From IMG/VR virus record IMGVR_UViG_3300018015_000429: DNA of 24,808 nt; one strand, written 5' to 3'. A model generated the notes under the pieces. The model did not search any database. It was not told where the DNA came from and saw only the letters and a list, made by a program, of their open reading frames with translations. Source of the stretch: a virus. Positions 8,270 to 15,747 of this stretch are shown piece after piece; positions within the stretch are counted from its first letter, which is position 1; every line of letters begins with the position of its first letter. The position numbers and the translations under genes were made by a program.

Positions 8270-10603
8270 ATGAGTTCGGACAACAATAAGGGGTTAGCCC
8301 AGAGCATTCAGGTCAACGGTTTGACGTGGGCCAAGACGTTGATGATTTGTGCAATCCTAGTGTGTGCTGGGGTTGCCGCGTATTTTGGCGCCAATGTCTC
8401 CATGAGTGTCAGTCTTGCGGATAGGGTGCAAAACGTTGAAAATCGTATCGACATTCCCGTTAACAGTACCTTAAGCGCATTCCAGAAGAGCAACACGTTT
8501 CTTGTGATCCCACACGGTACCGGAGTATGCTTAATGAATGGTTCAGGATACTTCCAAGAATTCCTCGGAAATCAGACTCAAGTAATCATGGATGGGCTGA
8601 ATAATGCTTCAATCAGCGGTGGGAGCGTTTACGTTCAAGCGGGTAGTTACTCAGCTTCTGTCATCATTCAGAATAATACTCGATTCATCTTAGAGAAAGG
8701 CGCCACAGGAATAACGTACTCTGTAGCTCCTGGCGCTTACTGCATTATAGATGATTTCAACAGCGGCATATTCCAGTACTATGCTAACGGCAGCCTTTAC
8801 AGTCAATTCGATTATGCGCATAGCAACCTGCTTGTGCAGTCTGCTAATTTGACTTCTGTTTACGCTACAACCCTAGATCAGCTTAGCAGCGGTCAAGGCG
8901 TCAAAGTTCTGCACTTCATCGTCGAGAGCGGAACAAGCTTTCCATCTCCAATTGAGGAGCGAGTGTTCTTCAGAAGCGACCAAGGATACTTATATGTCTA
9001 CAACAGCGGATCTTGGACTGCAATCGGTGCCATCCCAAGCACGTATCCATACGCTAATCTCACAGGAGTTCCGCAAACTTTTCCGTACACTAACTTAACA
9101 AGCGTGCCTCAAACCTTTCCATACGCGAACTTAACGGGGCCACCCACACAGTATCCTTGGGCAAACTTGACGGGAATCCCTCTGCTCATTTATGCTAATG
9201 GTTCTCAGGGTCTCACAGCAGATTGGAATATTACGGGTTATGGCATTTTTGGCGCAACGTTATTGAACAGTACTCAGATTAATGCTAACTATTTCTGGTT
9301 GAACGGACAGAACCGCACTGATACGCTTGCCTATCCCATTGAACCTGTCGCTTACATCATTGACTATTCAGACGGAATCACGGCGCGAGTGAAAAACTGC
9401 ACAACTGGACAAGTAGACTACGCGAATTCCAATCAAACGCTAGCCGTTCAATACGCCTTTAATCATACAGACTGGACGGGTGCGCATGGAACACAAAAAG
9501 TGGTGCTGAGAGGTAACTTCAGCCTCAACTATTATCCAAACGTGCCCGCATATGCAGATATCGAGATTCAAGGCTATCTGAACGTAGTCAACAAAGCTGC
9601 TTTTATGCTCTGTTTCGATGATAGTCTGGCAATTCAATACAGCACTTACTTCAAGAACCTAACCTCGATATGGGGTTACAGAGGAAATGAGGCAGTTGTC
9701 GTTGATTGGCTTGCTCATGCAGGAACAACAAACACAACTTATACAACTCTTGCGAACCTGAAAGAAATGCGCGATGCAGGATGGAGTTTCTACAGTCACG
9801 GATGGTACAGTATTGACCTAAGCGCTGCTACTGTAACCCTTTCCCAGCAAGATCAAGAGATTCGGCAAAGCAAAGACTGGATTGAACGAAATCTTGGAGT
9901 ACGCGTCGATTCTATACAGTGGCCTAATGCTAAGCAAGGCGATATGGAAATGGCCAGGCAATACTACAATTACCTTGCTTACGGAAACTGGAAATCATGG
10001 CCAAACCAAACGTGGAACTATATCTCAGACTCCATGAGCGCATATTTTCCGACAGAAACAAACTTCAACGGCTCAAAACAAGACGGTGGAGTCATCGCGG
10101 CTGCTGCGTGGTATGCAGTTAACAGTACAGGCTCAGGATCAAACGGCGAGCTTGCAATTCTAACGTTCCACGGAACGATGACTAATTACTGGTTCAACCT
10201 GTGCATGGGAAACCTGAGCAGTTTCGGTCTTCCAGTTCTGACTTGGCGAGATGTTGACTACTACCTGAGCAAGCAACCGAAACCGACTATTGCAGGAGTA
10301 GATATTACTCTTAGAAATGAAGGAAATCAAACAGCTTGCGTTAACGGAACTTGGATAAAGCATAATCTCGGAGTAATTCCAAACGCAACATCAGTAACGC
10401 TAGGCAACTTCACATACATCAATAGTACTGCTTACTATATTGGCCCCTTCGTCATAGCATCCTCAATGAATTCAACATGGTTCCAAGTAGAATTTCTAAT
10501 CTGGAACGCTGGAACAATCACGCCCGTTGCAGTAACAGATCAACGAACGCTCATCTGGACTGCTTACTACGAGAAAATTATCATCTATCCAGCGCAAACA
10601 TAA
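8270..10603 (+). CDS. Membrane-anchored, sequon-rich multidomain protein: tailspike/fibre-like modules, NodB/CE4 polysaccharide-deacetylase-like domain and C-terminal beta-sandwich
   Basis: N-terminal TM (TLMICAILVCAGVAAYFGA); GGSVYVQAGSY beta-helix-entry motif; FPS...VFFRSDQGYLYVYNSGSW fibre motif; four (Y/F)P(Y/W)xNLT repeats; CFDD / SHGW / WPN / LTFHG CE4-like motifs; about 32 N-x-S/T sequons counted by hand. Confidence 0.8.
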   Translation: MSSDNNKGLAQSIQVNGLTWAKTLMICAILVCAGVAAYFGANVSMSVSLADRVQNVENRIDIPVNSTLSAFQKSNTFLVIPHGTGVCLMNGSGYFQEFLGNQTQVIMDGLNNASISGGSVYVQAGSYSASVIIQNNTRFILEKGATGITYSVAPGAYCIIDDFNSGIFQYYANGSLYSQFDYAHSNLLVQSANLTSVYATTLDQLSSGQGVKVLHFIVESGTSFPSPIEERVFFRSDQGYLYVYNSGSWTAIGAIPSTYPYANLTGVPQTFPYTNLTSVPQTFPYANLTGPPTQYPWANLTGIPLLIYANGSQGLTADWNITGYGIFGATLLNSTQINANYFWLNGQNRTDTLAYPIEPVAYIIDYSDGITARVKNCTTGQVDYANSNQTLAVQYAFNHTDWTGAHGTQKVVLRGNFSLNYYPNVPAYADIEIQGYLNVVNKAAFMLCFDDSLAIQYSTYFKNLTSIWGYRGNEAVVVDWLAHAGTTNTTYTTLANLKEMRDAGWSFYSHGWYSIDLSAATVTLSQQDQEIRQSKDWIERNLGVRVDSIQWPNAKQGDMEMARQYYNYLAYGNWKSWPNQTWNYISDSMSAYFPTETNFNGSKQDGGVIAAAAWYAVNSTGSGSNGELAILTFHGTMTNYWFNLCMGNLSSFGLPVLTWRDVDYYLSKQPKPTIAGVDITLRNEGNQTACVNGTWIKHNLGVIPNATSVTLGNFTYINSTAYYIGPFVIASSMNSTWFQVEFLIWNAGTITPVAVTDQRTLIWTAYYEKIIIYPAQT
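9044..9181 (+). repeat. Four 36-bp (12-aa) intragenic repeats
   Basis: YPYANLTGVPQT / FPYTNLTSVPQT / FPYANLTGPPTQ / YPWANLTGIP. Confidence 0.9.
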
Positions 10604-10624
10604 TCCCCCTTTTTTAGTCTCTTT
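10604..10624 (+). terminator. Oligo-T terminator after the 777-aa gene
   Basis: tccccctttttttagtctcttt-like run directly after the TAA. Confidence 0.55.
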
Positions 10625-10648
10625 AAAATTCATTCGAGATGTTGAAGA

Positions 10649-11362
10649 ATGGGTTCAGCAACTATCCTTGCAGGAAATACTTACGTTGATGTAGTGCACG
10701 GTCTCTCCTTTACGCCGACAATCGATGAGATCGTGCTAGTGCCTCAGGATGATCTAGGCGGTAGAGATTTCTGGCCTAGCAATCCAGGTCCCACAACTTT
10801 TCGCATAAACATTTCCATGGTAGACCCTGATACAAACCATACTTTCAGCTGGCAGCCTGTTCTACCAACTCTCCCAACACCACCACCTAGTGCTCCATCT
10901 CCTGACATCTTCATTAGCGCCAACGATATTCAAGCACAGCTCAACGCAGCATATGATTCTTCAAGTCTTATCTACACCGTTTTCGGCTTGCCGGTCTCCC
11001 AAGCAAGCTTCCAAGCGCACGTGAACTTCGCAAACACGTACATCCTCAACATTATAGGACCCGGAGGAGACCCTACTAGCAGTCGTTATCAGACAGCAGT
11101 ACTTACAGCAATGGACATTGCCTGTATAAGAATTCTAGTGGTCAGCCTTGGGGGAAGCCTTGTAGGAGCCTTCGACTACTTCATCGGAGATATGAGAGTT
11201 GCCAGAGCAGGACCGTACGCAACCGCAATAAAAGAGGCGCTTCAAGGCTTCCATGATGACTTGTTAAGGGTTCTCATGAACCTTTCGACGTCTGTTGTCA
11301 CGGTAGAAGCAAGTGCCAAGGATGATGTGCCAACGTATAAGGGAGGGCTCATGAATCCGTGA
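10649..11362 (+). CDS. Head-tail adaptor (gp6/gp15-like helical domain) with an N-terminal beta-sandwich and a Pro-rich linker
   Basis: C-terminal part FISANDIQAQL...FQAHVNFANTYI...AVLTAMDIACIRIL...DYFIGDMRV fits adaptor patterns; linker PVLPTLPTPPPSAPSP; position after the MCP. Confidence 0.65.
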   Translation: MGSATILAGNTYVDVVHGLSFTPTIDEIVLVPQDDLGGRDFWPSNPGPTTFRINISMVDPDTNHTFSWQPVLPTLPTPPPSAPSPDIFISANDIQAQLNAAYDSSSLIYTVFGLPVSQASFQAHVNFANTYILNIIGPGGDPTSSRYQTAVLTAMDIACIRILVVSLGGSLVGAFDYFIGDMRVARAGPYATAIKEALQGFHDDLLRVLMNLSTSVVTVEASAKDDVPTYKGGLMNP

Positions 11363-11490
11363 GTAAAGTCCTGGGAAAGGGTAACTATATCCTTGCCAAG
11401 GTCAATGGTACCAAAATGGTGCTGACAAGTACTGAGATGCAGCAGCTTATCAATAATGGCTATGATGTTGAAGTGGTCACGCCAACCTAA
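11359..11490 (+). CDS. 43-aa small protein MSKVLGKGNYILAKVNGTKMVLTSTEMQQLINNGYDVEVVTPT (below the ORF-track cutoff)
   Basis: GTG overlaps the adaptor TGA (GTGA); GGAGG RBS lies just upstream. Confidence 0.55.
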   Translation: MSKVLGKGNYILAKVNGTKMVLTSTEMQQLINNGYDVEVVTPT

Positions 11491-11502
11491 GGCCTATCAG
11501 GG

Positions 11503-11760
11503 CTACCATTTCTGTTCTGCCCAGCTTCTGTTATCAACGAGATAGAAGTCCTTGACCTTTCGATGCTCAAATACTGTCAGTCCAAAAAGCTTATCCAAAT
11601 CTACGATTCTAACTGGATAGTTTTCGCGCTCATGCACTAGCTCCTGAGTTAATCTACCTGAGACTACTGGGTTAATGAGTAACGCTATTGGTTGCCTTCC
11701 TGCTTCTCGGCATAATCTAATTGCTTCCTGAATTTGCGCGAGTATGATTGTCTTTGGCAT
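11503..11760 (-). CDS. Antisense 85-aa protein resembling an isolated HK97 capsid A-domain
   Basis: GAGGA RBS and TTTAAATAT TATA-like box (11802-11794) on the minus strand; QIQEAI...PIALLINP...RL...KLFGLTVF...FYLV pattern parallels the MCP. Confidence 0.6.
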   Translation of the reverse strand: MPKTIILAQIQEAIRLCREAGRQPIALLINPVVSGRLTQELVHERENYPVRIVDLDKLFGLTVFEHRKVKDFYLVDNRSWAEQKW

Positions 11761-11914
11761 TCCTCGTCATCCTGTACTTGTTTGGGAAAATCAATATTTA
11801 AACTTGAAGGAGCATGCCAAACTCAGGCCTGTGACTCTCAGAAGCTTTGACTTTTGATACTTTTTCCCTTCTCCGGTACAAACGTTTAGGCTTTTCTGAG
11901 GGCAGGAAATCTCT

Positions 11915-12031
11915 TTGAACGAGACTTTAAGGAAATTGAGTAAGTTAGTCTGTAAGAACTGTTCCAACTCTGATTATGACCTTTGCAGCAGTTGCGAGAT
12001 TCACAAGTTGATAAATGAACTCTTGAAGTGA
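11915..12031 (+). CDS. 38-aa zinc-finger microprotein MNETLRKLSKLVCKNCSNSDYDLCSSCEIHKLINELLK
   Basis: CxxC-x7-CxxC; TTG start; stop lies 4 nt before the next ATG (12036). Confidence 0.6.
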   Translation: MNETLRKLSKLVCKNCSNSDYDLCSSCEIHKLINELLK

Positions 12032-12035
12032 AAAG

Positions 12036-13658
12036 ATGGGCACTGTGCCTCAGAGCTATTACGATTTCATCGTGCATTACGCGCCGTACTTTTACGTGAT
12101 TCCAACCTTGCTGACGGCAGACGCGGCACTAGGACAGAAGAACGTAACGGTTGCGGATGGAACAAAGTTTCAAGCGGGATATCCTGTTCAAATCTATGAT
12201 AATATGCATAGCGAGTGGAACCTTGTTTCAAGCATTAACGGAAACATTGTCACTATGCAGAATAATCTTGTCTATGCCTATCAGATAGCTCAGAATGGAA
12301 CTGTAGAAGGCCCAGATCCTGGTTATGGTCAAGGCGTCTTCCCGGCTGCTTTTGCTATAGACTTTCTTTATCAAGCTTACTCGAGCAGCCAATTTACTAC
12401 GAAGCAGATAGATATCCTTACAAAGATCAGAGCCCTTGCAGACTTTATTCTCACGCAGCAATGCACAAATGCAGCTAAGAAAGCCTACGGCGGCTTCCAA
12501 AATGCTCAAGGAAGTACTGAATACTGGAGTGTCGACGCCGGCCGCTGCATACCTGCTCTTCTAGAAGCCTACAGCTTAACAGGTACAGCAACGTACCTTG
12601 CCGCAGCAGTCCTTGCGGGCTCTACTTTCCTATATAACATACAGCATAATCCCAGCCTTCTGGGCGTCCATGACAAGTATTATGGTGGCTTCGCAAGGTA
12701 TGTCGACATTAACGATGCCTGGAGCGAGCTGATGGACGTTGAAAACCTCTACTGCTTAATTGGACTTTCAATGCTAGCTCAAACTTACGATGGAGTACAC
12801 ACATCTATATACACCGCAATGATGACTGATCTAGTTAGCTCCCTGCGAAGCGGCTATGAGCAATTTTACTTGTGGTTTGACCCTAAGCCGACTGGAGACG
12901 GAAAATGGCATCGTGTAAGCCTTGGCGAAACACAAATCTATGACGATCCTTTCAGCTTCGCGCTCTTGGGTCTCTTCACGTATGAAGGATGGAGCACGAC
13001 CGCTGAGAATGTGTACAAGTTTCTTGGTAGTGTCCAGGCATCAGCTCAGTACCCAGCATATAATCCTGCTATCTGCTGGCCAGGATATATCGATGTTGTT
13101 CAACGGTTCCCAGCATGCGCCTATTACGATGCTCTAACGATCGGGATCCTTGGATCCATTCGTGCAGCGCATGATAAGCCTGCTTACTCTCTGAGCATGC
13201 AGGTTCTCGCTGAGTACTCAAATCAATTTCTTTTCTGGGGTCCTATATTCACGGATTACAGTCCGATAACTGCTCAAAAAGCAATGGCAAACGTAACGTG
13301 GCTAGCGCGCTTTTTCCTAAGCTATCAAGAGCCACAAACAGATATGACGAATATGCTGGCCACAAGTGGTGAAGATCTACAGCTTTACCCTGTGATAGAA
13401 GCTGCTGACACAATTACTTGGGGCAACGAGTTGGATTTGAAAGGTATGGTCACTCCGGGCGCGACAGGGGAAATCGTCATTGAGCCTGGCTACATCACGG
13501 AGAATAATATTACGGTTCACAGTTTCTTGCCTATTCGAGTGCATGATAAGATTCGCCAGGCAGGCGTGGACTATGAGGTTAAGACGGTTCAAGTTCACGA
13601 TTTCCAAGGAGATCCAGTGTTCTATAAAAGCGTCTGTAGGAAGCTGATCAATCAATGA
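12036..13658 (+). CDS. Head-closure/stopper (gp16-like C-terminal domain) fused to a large (alpha/alpha)-toroid glycosidase/cyclase-like domain
   Basis: Last ~95 aa (LKGMV...ITVHSFLPIRVHDKIRQAGVDYEVKTV...YKSVCRKL) match the stopper pattern; the N-terminal region has repeated helix plus YGGF/GKW turns typical of six-hairpin toroids; position between adaptor and terminator. Confidence 0.6.
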   Translation: MGTVPQSYYDFIVHYAPYFYVIPTLLTADAALGQKNVTVADGTKFQAGYPVQIYDNMHSEWNLVSSINGNIVTMQNNLVYAYQIAQNGTVEGPDPGYGQGVFPAAFAIDFLYQAYSSSQFTTKQIDILTKIRALADFILTQQCTNAAKKAYGGFQNAQGSTEYWSVDAGRCIPALLEAYSLTGTATYLAAAVLAGSTFLYNIQHNPSLLGVHDKYYGGFARYVDINDAWSELMDVENLYCLIGLSMLAQTYDGVHTSIYTAMMTDLVSSLRSGYEQFYLWFDPKPTGDGKWHRVSLGETQIYDDPFSFALLGLFTYEGWSTTAENVYKFLGSVQASAQYPAYNPAICWPGYIDVVQRFPACAYYDALTIGILGSIRAAHDKPAYSLSMQVLAEYSNQFLFWGPIFTDYSPITAQKAMANVTWLARFFLSYQEPQTDMTNMLATSGEDLQLYPVIEAADTITWGNELDLKGMVTPGATGEIVIEPGYITENNITVHSFLPIRVHDKIRQAGVDYEVKTVQVHDFQGDPVFYKSVCRKLINQ

Positions 13659-14638
13659 GCGTAGAGGATCCAGTTACAACGGTTATCCGACTACTCACAA
13701 AGAATGTGAGAGTAGTCAAGGATGATAGTTCTGTTGCAAGCTTCTATGCTAGCGAGCAATGGTACGACCGTGAACTCTTCAAGAACTACGATGCTCAATT
13801 AACCGTAGGCATACGGCAGATTCAGGACCAGAAGCTTAACATCGCAGGGACAGTACGCCAGCAGAAAGGACTACTTGCCGTCAATCTATGGGCTATGGAC
13901 CGTGTAGGAAGTTCTGATCCTGGACGTATGATTCGAAAGAAGCTTGTTGAAGAGATCAAACGCATCGTAAGACAAAACATGAAGGTTCCAAACCAGACGA
14001 TCTATGATTTTGCTGGCCTTGGATATCCCTCTGGAGACCCACATAAAGCCTTCTCATCTGCTGCTGCAACCGAGCTGATCCCCTCAAGTACTAGCTGGGT
14101 AGAACTTACAAACCTCGAGTACCAGAACATTTGGTACAGCGATAACATTCGCTATTCAAAAAGCACGTCCGTTAATCTTCAGGATGCCTTGATGCTCTTT
14201 CGCTTCAAGCCCTCGAGTAAAGCTCCTGTAGCCTCACAGATTCTTTTAGCTTTCGAAGGATACGGTATTGCTCCCGCTGGGAACGGTTTCACTATCAAGG
14301 TATGGAATAACGTTTCTTCTGCTTGGGAAAGCGCTCAAACGGGTTCTGGTGGATCCGACCAAGTAGTAACTATTACGTTAATATCAGCTCTCACGAATTA
14401 CATTGATGCTTCTGGGTATGTTTGGCTGCTTGCCCGGACGACTAACCCGAGTAATGGAACGACTCCTGCAGTACTCTACTGCGACTATGTAAGCTGCACA
14501 GTTAGCGTTAACGGCATCACATATCTCGACGTCGTCAGCTATGGAGATAAGGACAAAGTTGACGTCAAGCCCATCCTTTTCAGAACAGAATTCACTCTCA
14601 AATCATGGGCATTTGAGACTATCCTAGGTATCTATTAA
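13655..14638 (+). CDS. Tail terminator/completion protein with a large inserted beta-rich domain
   Basis: ATGA-coupled; VNLWAMD...RKKLVEEIKRIVRQN and C-terminal FRTEFTLKSW frame a roughly 175-aa Ser/Thr/Trp-rich beta insert; directly precedes the tail tube gene. Confidence 0.6.
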   Translation: MSVEDPVTTVIRLLTKNVRVVKDDSSVASFYASEQWYDRELFKNYDAQLTVGIRQIQDQKLNIAGTVRQQKGLLAVNLWAMDRVGSSDPGRMIRKKLVEEIKRIVRQNMKVPNQTIYDFAGLGYPSGDPHKAFSSAAATELIPSSTSWVELTNLEYQNIWYSDNIRYSKSTSVNLQDALMLFRFKPSSKAPVASQILLAFEGYGIAPAGNGFTIKVWNNVSSAWESAQTGSGGSDQVVTITLISALTNYIDASGYVWLLARTTNPSNGTTPAVLYCDYVSCTVSVNGITYLDVVSYGDKDKVDVKPILFRTEFTLKSWAFETILGIY

Positions 14639-14652
14639 AAGGTGAAAAAAGA

Positions 14653-15528
14653 ATGAGTGTTGAAACGTACGGTGCGCAAGAATCAAGAATCTACTTCGTA
14701 GCGGAATCTACCTATGGCGTAACCCCTGCAAGCCCAGCTATGCTGGGAATAAACGCGGAAGAATCAGATCCATTAGTCGATCCAGCATTGATCGGAGTCA
14801 TGGGCCTTGGAAGTAGAGACCTCCAGGCACTCTATGCTGGCCTTCGAAAGATAACTCTAAAAATCCCGAACAAACTCAGCAGTCTAGCACCCATCAGCTT
14901 AATCCAGCACGTGCAAACCTTGAGCAGTCTTAGCATACAGACGATCTATTACAAGGGCCTCTGGTCAGCTCCAACAAACATCATCAGCTACCTATTCTCC
15001 GGCTGCAAGGTTAACAAACTAACCGTTGAATGCAAGCTTGAAGACGTGATAAAGTCAACCGTAGAACTGCTTGGCCAAAGCTGCACAAGGTTGACCGCTC
15101 TCATACAGAATGCAACATACGGCGATTTCGTAGGTGCAGTTCCCTTCAACAGCAGCTTCGTCCAAAGAGGAGTAAGCGGCGGCACAGGTCTTGTAACATT
15201 GACAGATATAACGGACTGGAAATTTGAGATTGACAATAACCTCAAGCCTGTTGGAACGATTCAAAGCGGCGGCACAGGGCTCATCCTAAAGTACCTTCGT
15301 GAGCGCAACAGAAAACTTAGCGGAGAGCTGACAATGGAATTCGAGAACGATAGTGAAATGCAGGACTTTCTCCTAGATACTGAATTCAGCCTATCATTCG
15401 GCTTAGGAAGCACAAACACCGCCTTATTCACATACTGCAAATGGGACCAGATTGAGACGCCAGACAAAATGGATGACTTAATCAGCGTAAAGGCCAAATT
15501 CAAAGCACGCAATCTCTTCATAAGCTAA
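14653..15528 (+). CDS. Major tail tube protein
   Basis: GGTGA RBS; N-terminal YFVAESTYGVTP, FSGCKVNKLTV, WKFEIDNNL, RKLSGELTMEF; precedes the chaperones. Confidence 0.85.
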   Translation: MSVETYGAQESRIYFVAESTYGVTPASPAMLGINAEESDPLVDPALIGVMGLGSRDLQALYAGLRKITLKIPNKLSSLAPISLIQHVQTLSSLSIQTIYYKGLWSAPTNIISYLFSGCKVNKLTVECKLEDVIKSTVELLGQSCTRLTALIQNATYGDFVGAVPFNSSFVQRGVSGGTGLVTLTDITDWKFEIDNNLKPVGTIQSGGTGLILKYLRERNRKLSGELTMEFENDSEMQDFLLDTEFSLSFGLGSTNTALFTYCKWDQIETPDKMDDLISVKAKFKARNLFIS

Positions 15529-15541
15529 GGAGGGCCCTCGG

Positions 15542-15747
15542 ATGGCGGAGGTTAAGATTCTGGAGGATTTCGGCCGGGAGGCAGACCTGCGTAAGAAGTG
15601 GATGCGAATCTGGGAAAGGCTTGGGGCTCGCATCGTGAAGTTTCCAAAGTGGATGCAAGTAATCATCCTTAAGACGTGAACACGGCAATCGAAAACCGCG
15701 TGGCAACAATGGAGATGATTAATCATGCCAAAACAAGAAGAGTTTGA
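15542..15747 (+). pseudogene. Small helical ORF apparently split by a 1-nt deletion near 15671
   Basis: GGAGG RBS; MAEVKILEDFGREADLRKKWMRIWERLGARIVKFPKWMQVIIL(K)T* stops at 15679, and the -1 frame continues DVNTAIENRVATMEMINHAKTRRV* into the chaperone start. Confidence 0.5.
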
